This document shows, piece after piece, positions 11,761-33,742 of a DNA stretch of 64,000 nt; the stretch's first letter is position 1; every line of letters begins with the position of its first letter. This stretch comes from Bugula neritina (lineage: Eukaryota > Animalia > Bryozoa): NCBI GenBank assembly GCA_964035545.1, contig OZ037772.1:8106889-8170888 (forward strand), written 5' to 3'. The position numbers and the translations under genes were made by a program. The notes under the pieces are model-generated. The model was not told where the DNA came from, made no database searches, and was given only the letters and a program-made list of their open reading frames with translations.

Positions 11761-14700
11761 ATATCATTGAACTATAACTTGAAGTTTTAGTTCATTGCAT
11801 GAGAAAATTTAAATTCCAACGGCTAGGCCCAGGTGGGAACACAGGCTAAAGTCAAGTATAGATTCGGTTATGTGGTATATAGGTTAGGTCATTAAACTAT
11901 AATCTATAGTTATAGAACTTATAGTTTCAGTTCAGTGGGTTAGGTAGTGTGTGTATAAATATTATATGCAATAAAACTGAAACTTACAAGTAAAGCTGTT
12001 GTACGACATGATTATTAAGAAAAGAACTTATTGTAGAAGATTTCAAGATGATTTGTTTTAAGTGACTACAGATACAGCTGATAGAACAGTAGTGTCGCTA
12101 GATAATTGCCATTCAAATTAGTTAAAAGTTATTAAATCACTATATAACAAGTACACATTCACAAAAAGTTTTTGGTAAAATCAAAATATTTAAGTAGATT
12201 TATAAAATATCACAGCCAAGCTGAAAATTTAAATCACGGCTATCTTGTCTTTTTTGCATTCGGCTGCCATGATAACAGCTGCAGGTGAAAGATGCAAGAT
12301 AGCTGGTGCAAAAGTTACCTTATGAACTTGCTGCTTGCCTTAAGCTGAGTCCAACTTAACTATATATTAGTTGCAGATGTTTGTGGGGAGCTTTTAGCAG
12401 ACTAATATCAACTAGTAAACCTGGTGTATAGACAGTCTGATAAAAGAATGAACTATGTGTCTGTAGGCAGAGGCTGAAACTCATCAAATGTTGCTACAAT
12501 TGTTTTGTTGTGAACGATCCTTTGCTATTGGTGAATATCAAAGATATATCATAGACTGAGTTCTAACAAACCATCTATGTAATGCTATGTTTGGATAGTG
12601 AGAGTACACGTGAGTTGAGGACTTAAGTCTGCTAGCTTATTATGACTTTTAAGGTTCCATGCCAACAGAGGTTAAATATTTCCAGCAGTTCTAAGAAATG
12701 GTTAAGAAAATTCTAGAAGTAATAAAAAACAATAAGAACTGATAGGTTGCATGGTGAAGCCAAGTTGTCCATCAACAAAATCAAAATTGATCTAGTTTAA
12801 TTACTTAGCAAATGAAGCAATCTAGACAGCTATATATAAATAAACGCTTTTGATGTCATAAGAAGTAAAATGTTTTTCTAAGGTTATCTTCAGGTTTACA
12901 AAAACATGCTAGAAATGTGTGGCTAATACTAAGAACTTTCTAGAAATCAGCCCTAGATCTTTAGATTCCCTTACATACACTAATTCAACCTCCAAATGTA
13001 TATATAGGTACATCAGTGGGTTTCATCCCTATTAGACGCTTCCCAGTTAGAAGCTGCCCACTTGGGCATTTCCCATTTGGACACTATTTTTCATTTTGGT
13101 GCGATATATAATAATAGACCTATATATACATGTATAACTGCTGTATTGGTTGCTAAACAAGAAATAATATGAATTATCTGGAATAATATTCCAATTTTCA
13201 CAAATTTGTGGGGGACAACAAACAGGAATACATTAATAGTAGCCAGTATCTTTTATGAATACTTCTTATTAGAACTTTATTTGTTTCCATCAACAACAAG
13301 TATAGAAAATGCAAAATTAATAAGTTAATGCAGATCAAAGAAATTTTTTCATGTGCTACATAGCAAACAATAAATCCAAATTTATTGAAATATAGTAGCC
13401 TACATATATTTCAATAATATTCAAATAAATTGCAAATAGAATATATGTTGTACTAAAATTCTAACTGAGAAGAGTCTATTTGGGATGACACCCACCAGTG
13501 AACACAAAGCCAGATTGAACTAAAGAAAGCTATAATAATGTATTTCAGAAATTTTGAAATGCTTAAGATTTACAATTTAAATTTAGTTCCAACGTTTCTT
13601 TAGATTACAAAATCAATTCGAATTCTAATTTTCTTCAAATAGCTACTCTACATAATATCAACTTCAAACACACAGGCTATATTTAAAAACTTACAGACTC
13701 CAGGCTTGTTAGGTAAATGATATGCCGCGTAAGAATATTACGTTTGAAACACAAAATGAATTAACGTTACGCAACTGAGATATCATCAAACTCAGCTATA
13801 CTACTCCATTGGCCAACGACTAGATTGTACAGACAGGCGGTGCTACAACTGAATAGGTTTTCGATATGCTCTCTACGTGGGTTTCAGCAACAAATGTTGA
13901 GTAAAAATCAGATTAATTGATAATATTAAATATTTTAATTCCAAAATATGTGGGTACTTCATGACCTTTTACTCAAGGTCACCCATAAATTTCACACCTC
14001 TGTTTGTACAAATGCTTCTGCATGTATATCAGGTTTCAAGGAATGACGTAACTATGAGGAATGCCTAGAGACAAGAGCTTTCTAACCGTCTCTCCGCTAA
14101 ATGGTTTACCTGCGTAGACTGAGATTGATCTAGTTTGTAATTTCTATACAAAGAGCTTACATCGGTTTATTTGCATTTCACGCAGCCCTCAAACTAAGGC
14201 TGGATTTAAGGCTGTACGCCATTGGTTTTGCTTTCATGTGTAAGTGTCAAACTTCATTCAAGTGCAGTGCTTTCACTTATAGCCTTCATGTATCTTATAA
14301 TTACAATAATTATATGGATATATAATTAATTAAAGCATGGCTTGAACTTGTTGTAAATAAAAGCATATATCCTTTTTCAACTATCTATCAATGAATTGGC
14401 AATTTTATTTATATGTTGTTCCCATCAGCCTATAATGAAGCCAATTAGAGCAGGGGCACAACTCTCATTGTATAATTAAGAATATTGAACCAAGATTGTA
14501 CACTCTAAAAATGGTATGTTGTATGACCAAAAGTCAAGCTTTTCCAATAATCATCATAAAAGGATTCTAGCTTGCAATAGACTTGCATTTTGAGCATACT
14601 TTTACTCCCACAAACATTGCACCATATGTTATCTTAACTCTATTAAGTTATGTCAGGTTACACTAAATCTTGATGCACAGTCTCCAAGTAAAAAGAAGGG

Positions 14701-15162
14701 GGCGTAATCGTGTACTCCCACAATGTTATTTAGTTAGGAACACTTCATTAGAATAATATGCCAAAAGCCCTCCTTACATGCCACAAATACTTAACACGTT
14801 GGCACTCAGCCAAGCACAGTGTCCAAAGGTGCTCATGCAAGGTTGTATCATTGAAACATAGAAGCCATTCATTATAATATATGAATCTAATCACTTATAT
14901 TGAAGCTGCTAAATTTCTAAACAAGAAGTCTTCTAAAATAAAATAAATTCGTAATTAACTAAAGAACACAAAAACCTATATACACATTTTTAACCTGTGA
15001 GTCTAATCATTTATAATAAAGTAATTGTGACTTTTGAATCACAACTAGAATTGACTAAAGAACATGAAAAACTATAGTTTTAATCAGCATTCTAGCACAC
15101 AGGTCTTAACAAAATGAAAAATCACATGTGTAAATTTTAGGCCAATTTAAACGCAATTTTAT

Positions 15163-15343
15163 CTAGCTGTGGTCTAGGCTCTAGGGGCTAGACCACTGGC
15201 TTGGTGAACACAAAGTTGTGAGTTAATAAAAAAGAAGAGCATCCAGTCACAATTGCTCCTGTGCCTAATCTGAATAAGTTTCTAGCCCGATTTGAAAATC
15301 CCTTTCTATCAGGGGTTTTCACAGAGATGGTGACTAAAAACTT
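15163..15343 (+). mobile_element. tRNA-derived SINE, internally deleted copy
   Basis: GAAGAGCATCCAGTCACAATTGCTCCTGTGCC core plus the family 3' tail. Confidence 0.8.
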
Positions 15344-17060
15344 AAATTTTTTTTTAAAAAGCAATTCCAATGAAACTTTTTTGAATCTCAAATTCAACCA
15401 AATACATGTCTTTTAATTAACAAGTGTGTTGAAAACTTAGTATAAGCATAGAATATAGGAATAGAGCGGGTATTGGTTGCTTCAACTAGTCCATTATTCA
15501 TGGAACAAGAGTTGGCATGCTGAAGATCCCCAGCACTGTGTAGAATTAAAACAACATTATTGTTGAATCTGAAAACATTATCTGAACAGAAAATCAGATG
15601 ACAGTCTTGGCACTACTAGTGACCCATATTATTCCAGTCTGACCATAAAAACAGACAGACAAAGCTATACTCACTTTGTGTAACTGTGGTTGGTGTGTCC
15701 GTAGTCCCCCATTTGCTTGGTATACTATGTTCTTAGGCTATGTTTGACCTGGCTCTCTGTCAAGTCCACTGCAACTACTGGGTGGGTTGAGACTCAAATT
15801 AGAAATGAGAAAAAGTCTGGAATCTGTTAAACTATTAGTGATTTTTGGCATCGTGGCATCAGTGGCATTGATTATAAGAGGTTGCCCTAAAGCTGCCTAA
15901 GCTACTGTTTAAATCACGATAAATAGACAATTACCTCAAAATGAGAAATAATAGACCCTCTGCCCATTTAGACCATTACTGTAAGCAATTGTTTTAATGT
16001 TAACAACTATTAAATACTAGATTTATCTTTGTTGTACATTTACATAAAGCTTTTAGCTTTAAACTTTTAATCAAAAGCAATTAAGAACAATAGATAGGCA
16101 CTGCTTTCAATTAGGCTGCAGATGCTCTCAGATGCTAGAAGAATGAATGAATAAGGCAATTCACTCAGTTAGGTAGAATTGTCTAATTTCTGTGTGAATT
16201 CTAATCTGTAATCATTCAAGGAGTTTATAAAGACGATTGTAGCTCAGTTTTTATTTGTCGATCATTTGAACATGGTTAGTGCATAGGAAGCCTCATAGCA
16301 AAAGCTGCTTTTAGCAATCACTATAAATTATAGCAGATTAAATGAATGTATCATGTAACTGTAACTACGATATTTGTAAGAGCAAAACTGAAATAAACTG
16401 TGTGACTTTGGTCATACTATTTCAAGTGTGTATTATATAAGGTACCTATAATGAAGCTCATTATAAATAATATGTTTTATTGCAGCCCAAAAAAGGGTAG
16501 CCACTATCTCAGTTTCTTTGTGCTCTGCCGTCTACCTTTGCTGCATCAGTTCGTAGTTCAGAGGTGTTGGGAGTGTGTTGGTATGCATTAGCTAGTTAAT
16601 AAGTTAAAGTTACAGTGTAAATGTAGTATAGTGAGCATGTTTCAATAACTTTAAAGGTAAATTTTAGTTTGAAATTCTTGCTTTGTTTGCTACATTTCTA
16701 ATCTGCAACATAATCTCTGCTTTACTATTTTCTCCTTTTCTTCACCTACCTCTCATGGTACATAAAGTAAATGAAACTATCAGCTGCATTCTACTCCCCT
16801 AAAGATTCCATCAATTATTATAATTTGTATTTAATTATTGCTGCCTGATAGGTTATTGCTGGCAGCATGCTATTGCGCAACGTTGTTCTTCACATCATGT
16901 CATCAGAATAAGCTCAGACCTCAGATGATGACTTTCAAATGACCTTCAGTATAATTACCTCAAAGTCTTTGACCAGACCTCCGAATACAGTTTTTTTACT
17001 GCATGTTATCGACTGCTGTATGCCAAAATACTTTGTTGTGTTAGTTGTAGATATCAGACT

Positions 17061-17350
17061 GGGAGCAGCCGTGGTCTAGGGGTTAGAGCCTTTGCTAATG
17101 AAAAGCAGGAAGTGCTGGCTTAGTAAACCTAAAGTCATGGGCTTGGTCCCCAGTCTAGGGGTTAAAGCATTTGTCTGGTGAACATGAGGTCATGAGTTTG
17201 AACCCCAGTAAAGGTCAGTGGTATTGTTAGAAAAAGCATCTAGTCATAATTGCTCCTGTGCCCCATCTGAATAAGTCCTTAGCACCATTTAAACCTTTCC
17301 ATCAGGGTTTCTCACAGGGGTGGTGACTATAAAATTGTGGGAGTGAGTAT
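17061..17350 (+). mobile_element. tRNA-derived SINE with a duplicated head and 14-bp target-site duplication
   Basis: TAGATATCAGACTG flanks both ends; two tandem GTCTAGGGGTTA A-box segments. Confidence 0.88.
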
Positions 17351-18351
17351 TATAGATATCAGACTGACATGTATTATAATAGCAGATGGGCATGTTGGTA
17401 TGTTAAAGTTGATTAGAAACAAAGGCTATACAGGATGTAATCTAAACTCTATAAAATATAATATATCAGAATTTCGAATTTTTATATGCAAGCATATTTC
17501 TTGCAAAACTTTTTCATTGGTTCACAATCATATCTCTGAATTTACTGTTAAAGGTCAAATACTCCATATTTACACTTGCTGTACTGTACGTGATATAACA
17601 GCAAATATCAGCCATTTTTAATGTGTCCAGGCTGAAGTTTTCAAAGTCCGATGCTGTTGAAAATCAAATACTCCTGTCAATCATAGCATATTTGTTTCCT
17701 TTAGAATCACACCTATGTGCGCTTGTGTTCGCAGCTCCACTGGTATTAGTAAACAACTCTTGCCTGTTGTTTGGATAAGCAAGTTACCATGGAACACTTT
17801 CAAAAAAGTTTATAACCTTAATTTTAATTACATTTTTTCTTTTAATTTTTGCTTATATGACACTATATAAGCATGAAAATTTCACAGCACACACCAGGAA
17901 CACTAAAAGCAGCAATTGTACAATAACATAACATACCATCCCCAAGATATTGTAGATTTTACTATAACAATGGCTATTCTTTAAATTTATGGACATTATA
18001 TTTCTATAGACTATAGAATATAGACACTGGTAGTCGTGCGTTTTAGTAGTTGTCTATTCATTTCTCGAATCAGCTCTCAACATGCCCAACATAATTTATC
18101 ATGTATTAACGGGGAGGTTGCAAATTTGTTACAAAACTAAGCGAAGGTCAATGTCAAGGTGATAACTATACAGTGACTAGATTTTTACTGACCCAGTATT
18201 AAATCAATGATTATTAAACGGTGTGACCTATAAAAATTAACTGCTGCGTTACTCTCATATATGTTCTATGGCTTGGATTTTCAATAGCTACGCTTCTTGT
18301 TATTTTCTGAACTGATCTCGACTCAATTGTTCAGTGTTGCAGCCACCAAAA

Positions 18352-20871
18352 ATGGAGGTAGAGGTTTTTTTTATATCAAATATTGTTTTTTAAACCTAAT
18401 TACAAAAGTTCTGGAAATTAAATCAATTGCCATAAAGCTCGAGTTAAACTTGAAGTAAACATCATGATCATTATGATCATCGTCATGTTGATGTACTGCT
18501 AGTAGTAGTACTAGTGCTGTACAGTGTACTACTAATAGTAATAGTCTACTACGTCTAGTTCTACTGAGTACTAGTACTTGTCATTGTCAAGTGTGTCTTG
18601 TAGTTGTACTGAACTTGTATTACTAGTTGTGGTGATCAATGATATCACTATCATTATGATTATGAGCTCATTATCATTATGAATACGATGAATAATATAA
18701 ATATTAATAAATCAATAAAATTAAATGTTATACTCTTATAGTATCATCACTGTGATACTGATTGTGATAAATTTATCATCAATTTTGAATGTTTCAGGTT
18801 TAATTATAGTTGAAATTTAATAATGTCTAGTAAACAGGTGACTATTCAATTTCATTGGTCTGTCTATTCAAATTCTTACTTATAATTTTCTGATGATGCA
18901 AAAACCAAGCCCAATGACTGTGAGCAATGGCAATTGGTTTACAATAAAAATATTAAATTTATAACTATTACTATCGTTTATCTGTATTACATTTACTATT
19001 TCTAATTTTGTAATGCTATGTTATAATGAGTGTATTGGTAGTACTATTATTAATACATTGTGTTTTATTTTTCAGTTCCAGCTCATAAAGTCAGTCGATG
19101 ACCAAGTTTTAGACAGTTTTGTTTTTTATTCTGTTCTTCTTGTACTAAAGTTTATGAGCAGCATATGGTTGTTGTCCTACAACAGAATCAGACACCGGGT
19201 TAGTTGACAATTTGATTACAGCTTCCATCTATGTCCACATCTTATATCCGTAAACGCAATGTGTGTTTTTAATACTATTGCTCCATGTTTTTATAATTAC
19301 TGTCTATTTCAGTGATTGTGGGAGGTATTTAAAATCAATAAATTTGTTTAGAATTAATAATCATTTTTGCTAAAAAGAATGTAACAAAATTATCTTAAAA
19401 TATATTAGAATGCTGTCGTGTTCTGTTGTTTGCTTTGTATACTAGAAATATTATCCTTTTAGCTGCCAGCTAATCCTGAGGATGGGCCCGTCAAAGGTCA
19501 CCCCCAATTGACTACATGTGAAAGGTTAGCTCTTAGTGTAACTATAAGCTTATTGGTAGTTGTAGCATTGTTTTATAATAATAATAAAATTTAGCACTGA
19601 GTGATTGAATAAATACCAGCCAGATGTTATGCTTGTTTAATCATGCATATATTTTTTTCTCTTTTCACTCTCAGTTTATCTAATTATAACTTCTTAACTT
19701 CAGTTTGTTGCAGCATGTCAACTGGCTTGTAACTAGTAAAGCATACAGATTTATGAACAAGCCATTTTTGATTCTACTTGAGTTATTCTTTTAAAAAAGT
19801 TCATACAGAAGTGTTTTTTGAATAATTTAAAAACTTAGAATGCTCTTCCTGACATCGCCAATGACCTTGCTAGGATTTGAACTAGTAATTGCTAGCCCAC
19901 TAGATTAAAACTGCTTCATAACTTTTTCATGTGTATAAAATTCTTAAATAGGACAAGCTGTTTACTGCCTCACAACTGTTTTTAACTAACCGAGAGTGGA
20001 AAAAGACATATTTTTATTTTCTTTATTTTTTCATCAATTTTTATGTAACCTGTCTGGAATTTGGTGCTTATTCCTGCCTCAATGTTGACCTGGCTGCAGC
20101 TTGATTATTTGTTTTTGGTTTTATGCCAAGTGTGGTTTTTGTGACCCATTGTAGCTACAGGTACAATTATGCATTTAGTTTTTAACTTTTATTTTGACCA
20201 ACAATTCCTAACACTCGTTTTGTGATAACCAACACTATTACAATGTAGTTCAGTTTGTATTGTCTTTGTAGGATGATTGAAAATGATATAGAGAATATAA
20301 TTCCCTTCTTTTTTCTCGGATTAATTTTCGTCATGGCCGGTGGACCAGAGCTCAGCGTGTCTTACTGTAAAAATATCTTCAGGCTTTTCTTCTTTAGTCG
20401 CTGCGCCATGTCATTCTGTCACTACTTCCACATTCAGGTATGCAAATTCTTTGTACTTATATTCTACTAGCTAGTGTTGTGACGTTATGCTCCTCACTAA
20501 TAATACTACTCATTAGATAGTAATGTAATGTCATTCAATATTTCACTAGATAATAATGTAGTATTATGCTACTCACTAGCTGGTAATATAAGGCTGCCTT
20601 TAATTTGCTATTGCAACTGTATTATTTTTGGTAGTTGTTCTCTCCTACAACATAGTTGCTTGCTAAATCTTTCAGATGAATTTTTGAAACAGGCATTGCA
20701 TATATAAATACAGTGTGCAGACTACACTCATCAATGTAGCTATTCTTTATTATGCTGTATATGTTGTAGCCTTTCCGAAGTATCTTCTTTCTGGTTGCAT
20801 TTGCTTGCAACTTGGTGATGTTTGGTACCACAGCCATGTCAGTGGGTTCTGCAGCCACTAAATACATCTAG
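18352..20871 (+). CDS. MAPEG family membrane protein (PTGES/MGST1-like), divergent. Exons: 18352-18357, 19076-19198, 19463-19524, 20272-20437, 20770-20871
   Basis: About 152 aa with four hydrophobic segments. Motifs ANPED, NDIENIIPFFFLGL, FFFSR and QPFRSIFF; exon phases are consistent. Confidence 0.85.
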
Positions 20872-21549
20872 GAAAAACCTCTGCAGAGACATATTTTGGT
20901 GGCAAAACTTGCTATGAACTGGCATTTCTACTGCATAATCAAATTTATTGCTTTTATTAGCTTTCTCCTTTTACCACTTTATTATATGTCCTGCAAGCCA
21001 TGTATATGTACTGATTTTATTACTAACAATGATTCCAACTAGATCATTTCTACTTTCTATAACATATTATTGACAATGAAATATAGAGTACAGTTTATTG
21101 TAATTTATTAAAAGAAAACAATTTATAACTGACATTATTTTCTCGCAAAGGAATGGAGCAGAGACTACATGGTAGTAGCTTACAAAAAGCAATATCAAAC
21201 AACATTTCTTCAATAATGTTATGTACATATGTGTTTATTTGTGTATCTCCTATATTACATAGTCTAATGTACGTACATTCAAAACAAGATAGACAGAAAA
21301 AATGAGATATCAAAGAAGACGTATAAAGTAATGACTGGTAAACTAGTGAGAGGGCTAGGCGGAAGCTGTTAGTATGTACAGTAAAGGAAGCGCCCCCTTT
21401 ACTACAACTACTTGACTGTGCCCACCACGTCGCCCCTCCACAGAAGTATTATGTACATCTACAGAGGGGAGACAATAATATGTGTAGAACAGCAGTTAGA
21501 GTAGATGTAGAATGTGCTAGAGAGTCAAATACTAATTCGGAGGAGGATA

Positions 21550-24361
21550 TCAGTTCTCCCCGTCTTCTTCCGCCTCTTCGGCGTTTTCATCTTCGCCTTC
21601 ATCACCCTAGCAATATATTCTATTGTTATAGCAACAATCGTAATGGAAACCATAACATCAAAGTAACTGTTGCCAAGGAGCAAGTAAACAGAAGTACTAC
21701 ATACTAAGTAACAAGTAAGCATAAGTACTAGATACCTAGTAACAAGTAAACACAAGTACTAGACACTTAGCAACAAGTAAACACAAGTACTAGACACTTA
21801 GCAACAAGTAAATACAAGTACTAGACACTTAGCAACAAGTAAATACAAGTACTAGACACTTAGCAACAAGTAAATACAAGTACTAGACACTTAGCAACAA
21901 GTAAATACAAGTACTAGATACTCAGTAACAAGTAAATACAAGTACTAGATACTTAGTAACAAGTAAATACAAGTACTAGACACTTAGCAACAAGTAACCA
22001 CTAAATCAAATAACTAGTGAGAGTGTACACCAGGGGTGTCCAACCTTTTTTAGATTGAGGGCCAGAGCATCAGTATCTTTTCAAATTATGTTAAATCTCA
22101 AATTCCCACGAATCATTACACAACAAAGTCTAGCAATATATAGAAATAAGGCATTGAAAAGTATATTTTTTGCCGTAATTCATATATGTGTGCCAAAGAA
22201 TGTTATTTGTTGTGCCTTCAAGGATAACATAAATGTAGGCTGTTGGACAAGCCTGATGTAGCAGCAATGAATCATTACACTACAAAGTCTAACAACTGCA
22301 GGCTGTATTGGGGAGAGCCCGGCTGGGAGAGAGACTGGAGTACCTCATCTTCCAGAATCTCGTCCTCTTCGTCCTCGTCAAACTCTTCGTCGTCCTCGTC
22401 CTCGTCGTCCTCCAGGTTACCAGAGACTGGCTCCAGCTCACTGGACAGGTAGTACTGTAGGGGGTTCGGCCAGATGTCGTCCTTCATCACCTCGCCCAGC
22501 TCGTCGGCTCCGGCATCCGTCGTGTCGCTGAACCACGTGAAGAAAGACTCAGAGTCCAGGGACCTCTTCTTGCCGCTGTCTCCGTTGGACTGTTTGGTGA
22601 GGTCTTTCCCCTCCTTCCACTGGATCCCGGAGGCCTTGGAGGACGGCTCCCCGGACTCGTTCAAGTGGAACTCTTTCTTCAGGAACTGATTCTCAAAGTA
22701 TGGGTTTTTCGAGAAGTGCTGATGAGAATAGAATATGACAGAGTAATTACTATGAGTAGTAGTTGACACAAAATAATTTACAATACGTCTTATAATAAAA
22801 TTGCAATGCTGCCAGCATTTCTCTGATTAGGTTTGTAAGTTCAGTAAGTTATGTGAGATGAACTACTAACCAGAGTAACAGAAAACCCGGATTTTATGTC
22901 TTCGAATTCTTCTATTTCTACTTGAGACAAGTAATGTAGGACCTGCAAACATCACAACAGTTATATGAGCAGTAGAACACAGAAAAAATGTCACCAACAC
23001 AGTAAATACTGGCTGTTTACTTATTGACTATCTACTATTTACTTACCTCTTCGTCCTGCTCTGTTAATAAAGTGGAAAGCTGAGGGTGATTGACAAATAC
23101 ATTCAACCAAAAGTCTGGAATCCGCGATATCAACTCATTCCTTTTGGAGAAGTGTGGCTGCCTTAATTTATTATATTTTTGTTCAACCTGAAATAGATAT
23201 CCATAGTAGAAAACATAGAAGAAACTAGAAACTAGAACAAGCTACAATAATGGAAATACTACAATAATTACAAATGGAAAATGTTTCTAAGCTTATTAAA
23301 CCTGGCCTGGTGATATGCTAGCTCAGCATTTAGTCCTTCATTTGATTGCAAAGTTTCAAGCATGAACAAAGCCTAAGAATGGTTATCTTTATATGGTAAA
23401 AACTTGAAGATAAAGAGAACCAACCTTTAAAATTTCTTCACTAGCTTGTTCGTTGAGTCTATCGATTTCATTTTGTACCTCGTCTATTTTTTCAATAGCA
23501 TCCTGCTCAACATCTGCTAAAATAAAAGAGAGGCTGGTCTGAACTCTGCCGTGCCAAGAGTAAACTACACACAATGACCACATGACGGTAGAATTCGAAA
23601 CCTTTGTAGGTATCAAACTATTTTCCAAATACTAGCTGAAGTGGGTCTATACAGATACTGATGGTAACTGCAAATGTGTAGTAATACCAATAGCCACAGA
23701 TAATGTGACACTGAGTCTCACACTGACAGTGACAATACGAATTATTGCTAATACTAATGGCAATAGCAATACTTAGTCTAACACTACTAGCACTAGATAT
23801 AATATTATTAAACGAGACACTGACAGCACTAGACCTAGGCCTGGTCTACATCAACACCTGCGGTTGCCCGTAAGCTTTCATGTTAAGGCGTAAAATCAAA
23901 GTAAAAAATGGAACAAATGTATCAATCCGATTTCATTCACAGCAAACATTGAAATATCAGATGACACTGACAGAGCAGTGATCCCGATCAACATCAACGT
24001 TGGATTAGACGTTGAACTCTTTTAATAACCGCAATAATTTCAATGCAATATTACTTACTCTGCATTCTATGAGCTTGAGTACCAGTATGACTACCACTAT
24101 GACTATTGAGAATTTAAAAATGAATTTAATTTCACCACAAATTCAAATTGAAATCAGAAATGCAATTGATTTTGAATAGCAAATTGAAATTGAATTTCAG
24201 TAACAAATACCAGTTGTGATAAAATAAGTATAAAAACACAGACGAAACAATAATACTATGATGAGACATAATCACAAAGCACTAATCGAGGTATGAGATC
24301 ATTAATTTAACCTACCTGCTTCTGAATTGTCAGTTCGCGCTACCTTTGGTTGACTGGCCAT
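21550..24361 (-). CDS. SET: Protein SET / TAF-I (NAP family histone chaperone). Exons: 24361-24316, 23513-23425, 23187-23047, 22942-22871, 22718-22344, 21606-21550
   Basis: [67 protein letters not shown] and an acidic tail. Confidence 0.96.
21705..21997. repeat. 31-bp minisatellite in the last SET intron
   Basis: Repeats of AGCAACAAGTAAATACAAGTACTAGACACTT. Confidence 0.93.
22031..22255. mobile_element. hAT-like MITE
   Basis: Terminal inverted repeats CAGGGGTGTCCAAC and GTTGGACAAGCCTG; no clean 8-bp target-site duplication. Confidence 0.6.
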
Positions 24362-24771
24362 TTTTCATTCATGCACGAGTCGAAGAAGAAAGGAAACAGG
24401 TCAATAGCAAAAAAGAGTTTGATGTATATTTACGACATTGTTTTTTTTGTCGGATACAATTTTTCAAAATACACAAGAAATTAAATAATGTGTTTAAATT
24501 TTCTTTTTTTTATTTTTTTTAATTTGTGTTTGATTGTGAAAGGTTGTTCTGAAAATCCCAGTTTTTTTATGATTTTAGACTTGAATCACAACAAAACATT
24601 TTGAGGCACTATGAAGCCCCCACGACAGGTTATGCGCTTCGAGAAAATTAGGCTAACAATGAATTTGGTTACAATCAGCAAAATTAACTTATGAAGGCTC
24701 AGGCTTCTTATTTTATAATTTATTGATAATTGGTATTCGCATTGAAGTGATTTTATGATAAAAAGCATATA
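24362..24771. promoter_or_regulatory. Probable bidirectional promoter for SET and USP20, including a non-coding first USP20 exon (donor about 24772, acceptor 25615)
   Basis: Head-to-head genes, a CpG-containing patch near 24600-24650, and splice-site-like ATAG|GTATGG and TTCCAG|GT. Confidence 0.55.
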
Positions 24772-25698
24772 GGTATGGTGATCTACTGAGATGCCTATAT
24801 AGTATGTACTGTATAATGTATAGTATATTTAATAATTTGATTTTCATTAACTGTAAGTGTAACTCAATCTCAATCTGAATGTTTATCTTAGAGTTAGAGT
24901 TAATCAGTTATTATTATTGTTAGAGTTAGTACATAGTTAATCATAGTACTAATAGAATAATAGTAATAATTCTACAGTACTACTACTACTAGTATAAGTA
25001 TTACTACTAGTACTAGTACTGTAGTAGTACCACTACTAGTACTAGTAGTAGTACTGCTAGTGCTACTAGTTTTGTAGCACTACTACTACTACTAGCAGTA
25101 GTACTAGTTCACTGACAGTAGTAATAAATTTAATTAATTAGTTAATAACTATATAAGTAATACATTGAATAACTAGATATTAAGTTATAGCTATTATATT
25201 TAGAGTTAGTATTATATTGATTAACATAAACTTTATAAATATTTATGTTATTGTATTATTGTTTAGAAGTCATTTTGTAATAAGTAAATAGGCATTAATT
25301 ATTATAATTATATCTATTTATTATCTTTGATTTTATACTAATACTAATAGTAATACTAAGCTTTAGTTAGTAATAGTAATACTAGTTTTAGTGCTTCACC
25401 ATTATAGGCTATTGCAGCCAGCAGTGAAAATTGTGAACAATGGCACAACTGTATAATAAACTCATTAAACTGGATTGGATTTCAACACTAAAATCATTTA
25501 TTGGCCACTAATAAGCTTGTCTAGCATTTATATATGATGTGTTAGCGTTGTTATTTACTATATTACTAAAACAAAAATATGTTTTTAACTTGGTGTTTGA
25601 CATTTTATTTTCCAGGTTTGATTGTTTGTCATATTTTAGTAAAACATTTATGCATTGGGCTCAGCGAGTGGTGATTTCTGAGAGTGGATAGAGACAGA

Positions 25699-33742
<8,044 letters not shown>

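Noticed and set aside
11988-12009. ATG exon (MSYNSFT) as the start of the collagen-like gene
   Set aside because: It ends in phase 1 and creates TAA when joined to the exon at 11611; treated as 5' UTR
15480-15790. Exon-like minus-strand segments in the 12-18 kb intergenic region
   Set aside because: Stop codons in all frames and no recognisable protein; cannot be supported without RNA data
22243-22689. Ser-rich plus-strand ORFs
   Set aside because: Antisense shadows of the GC-rich SET exon 5
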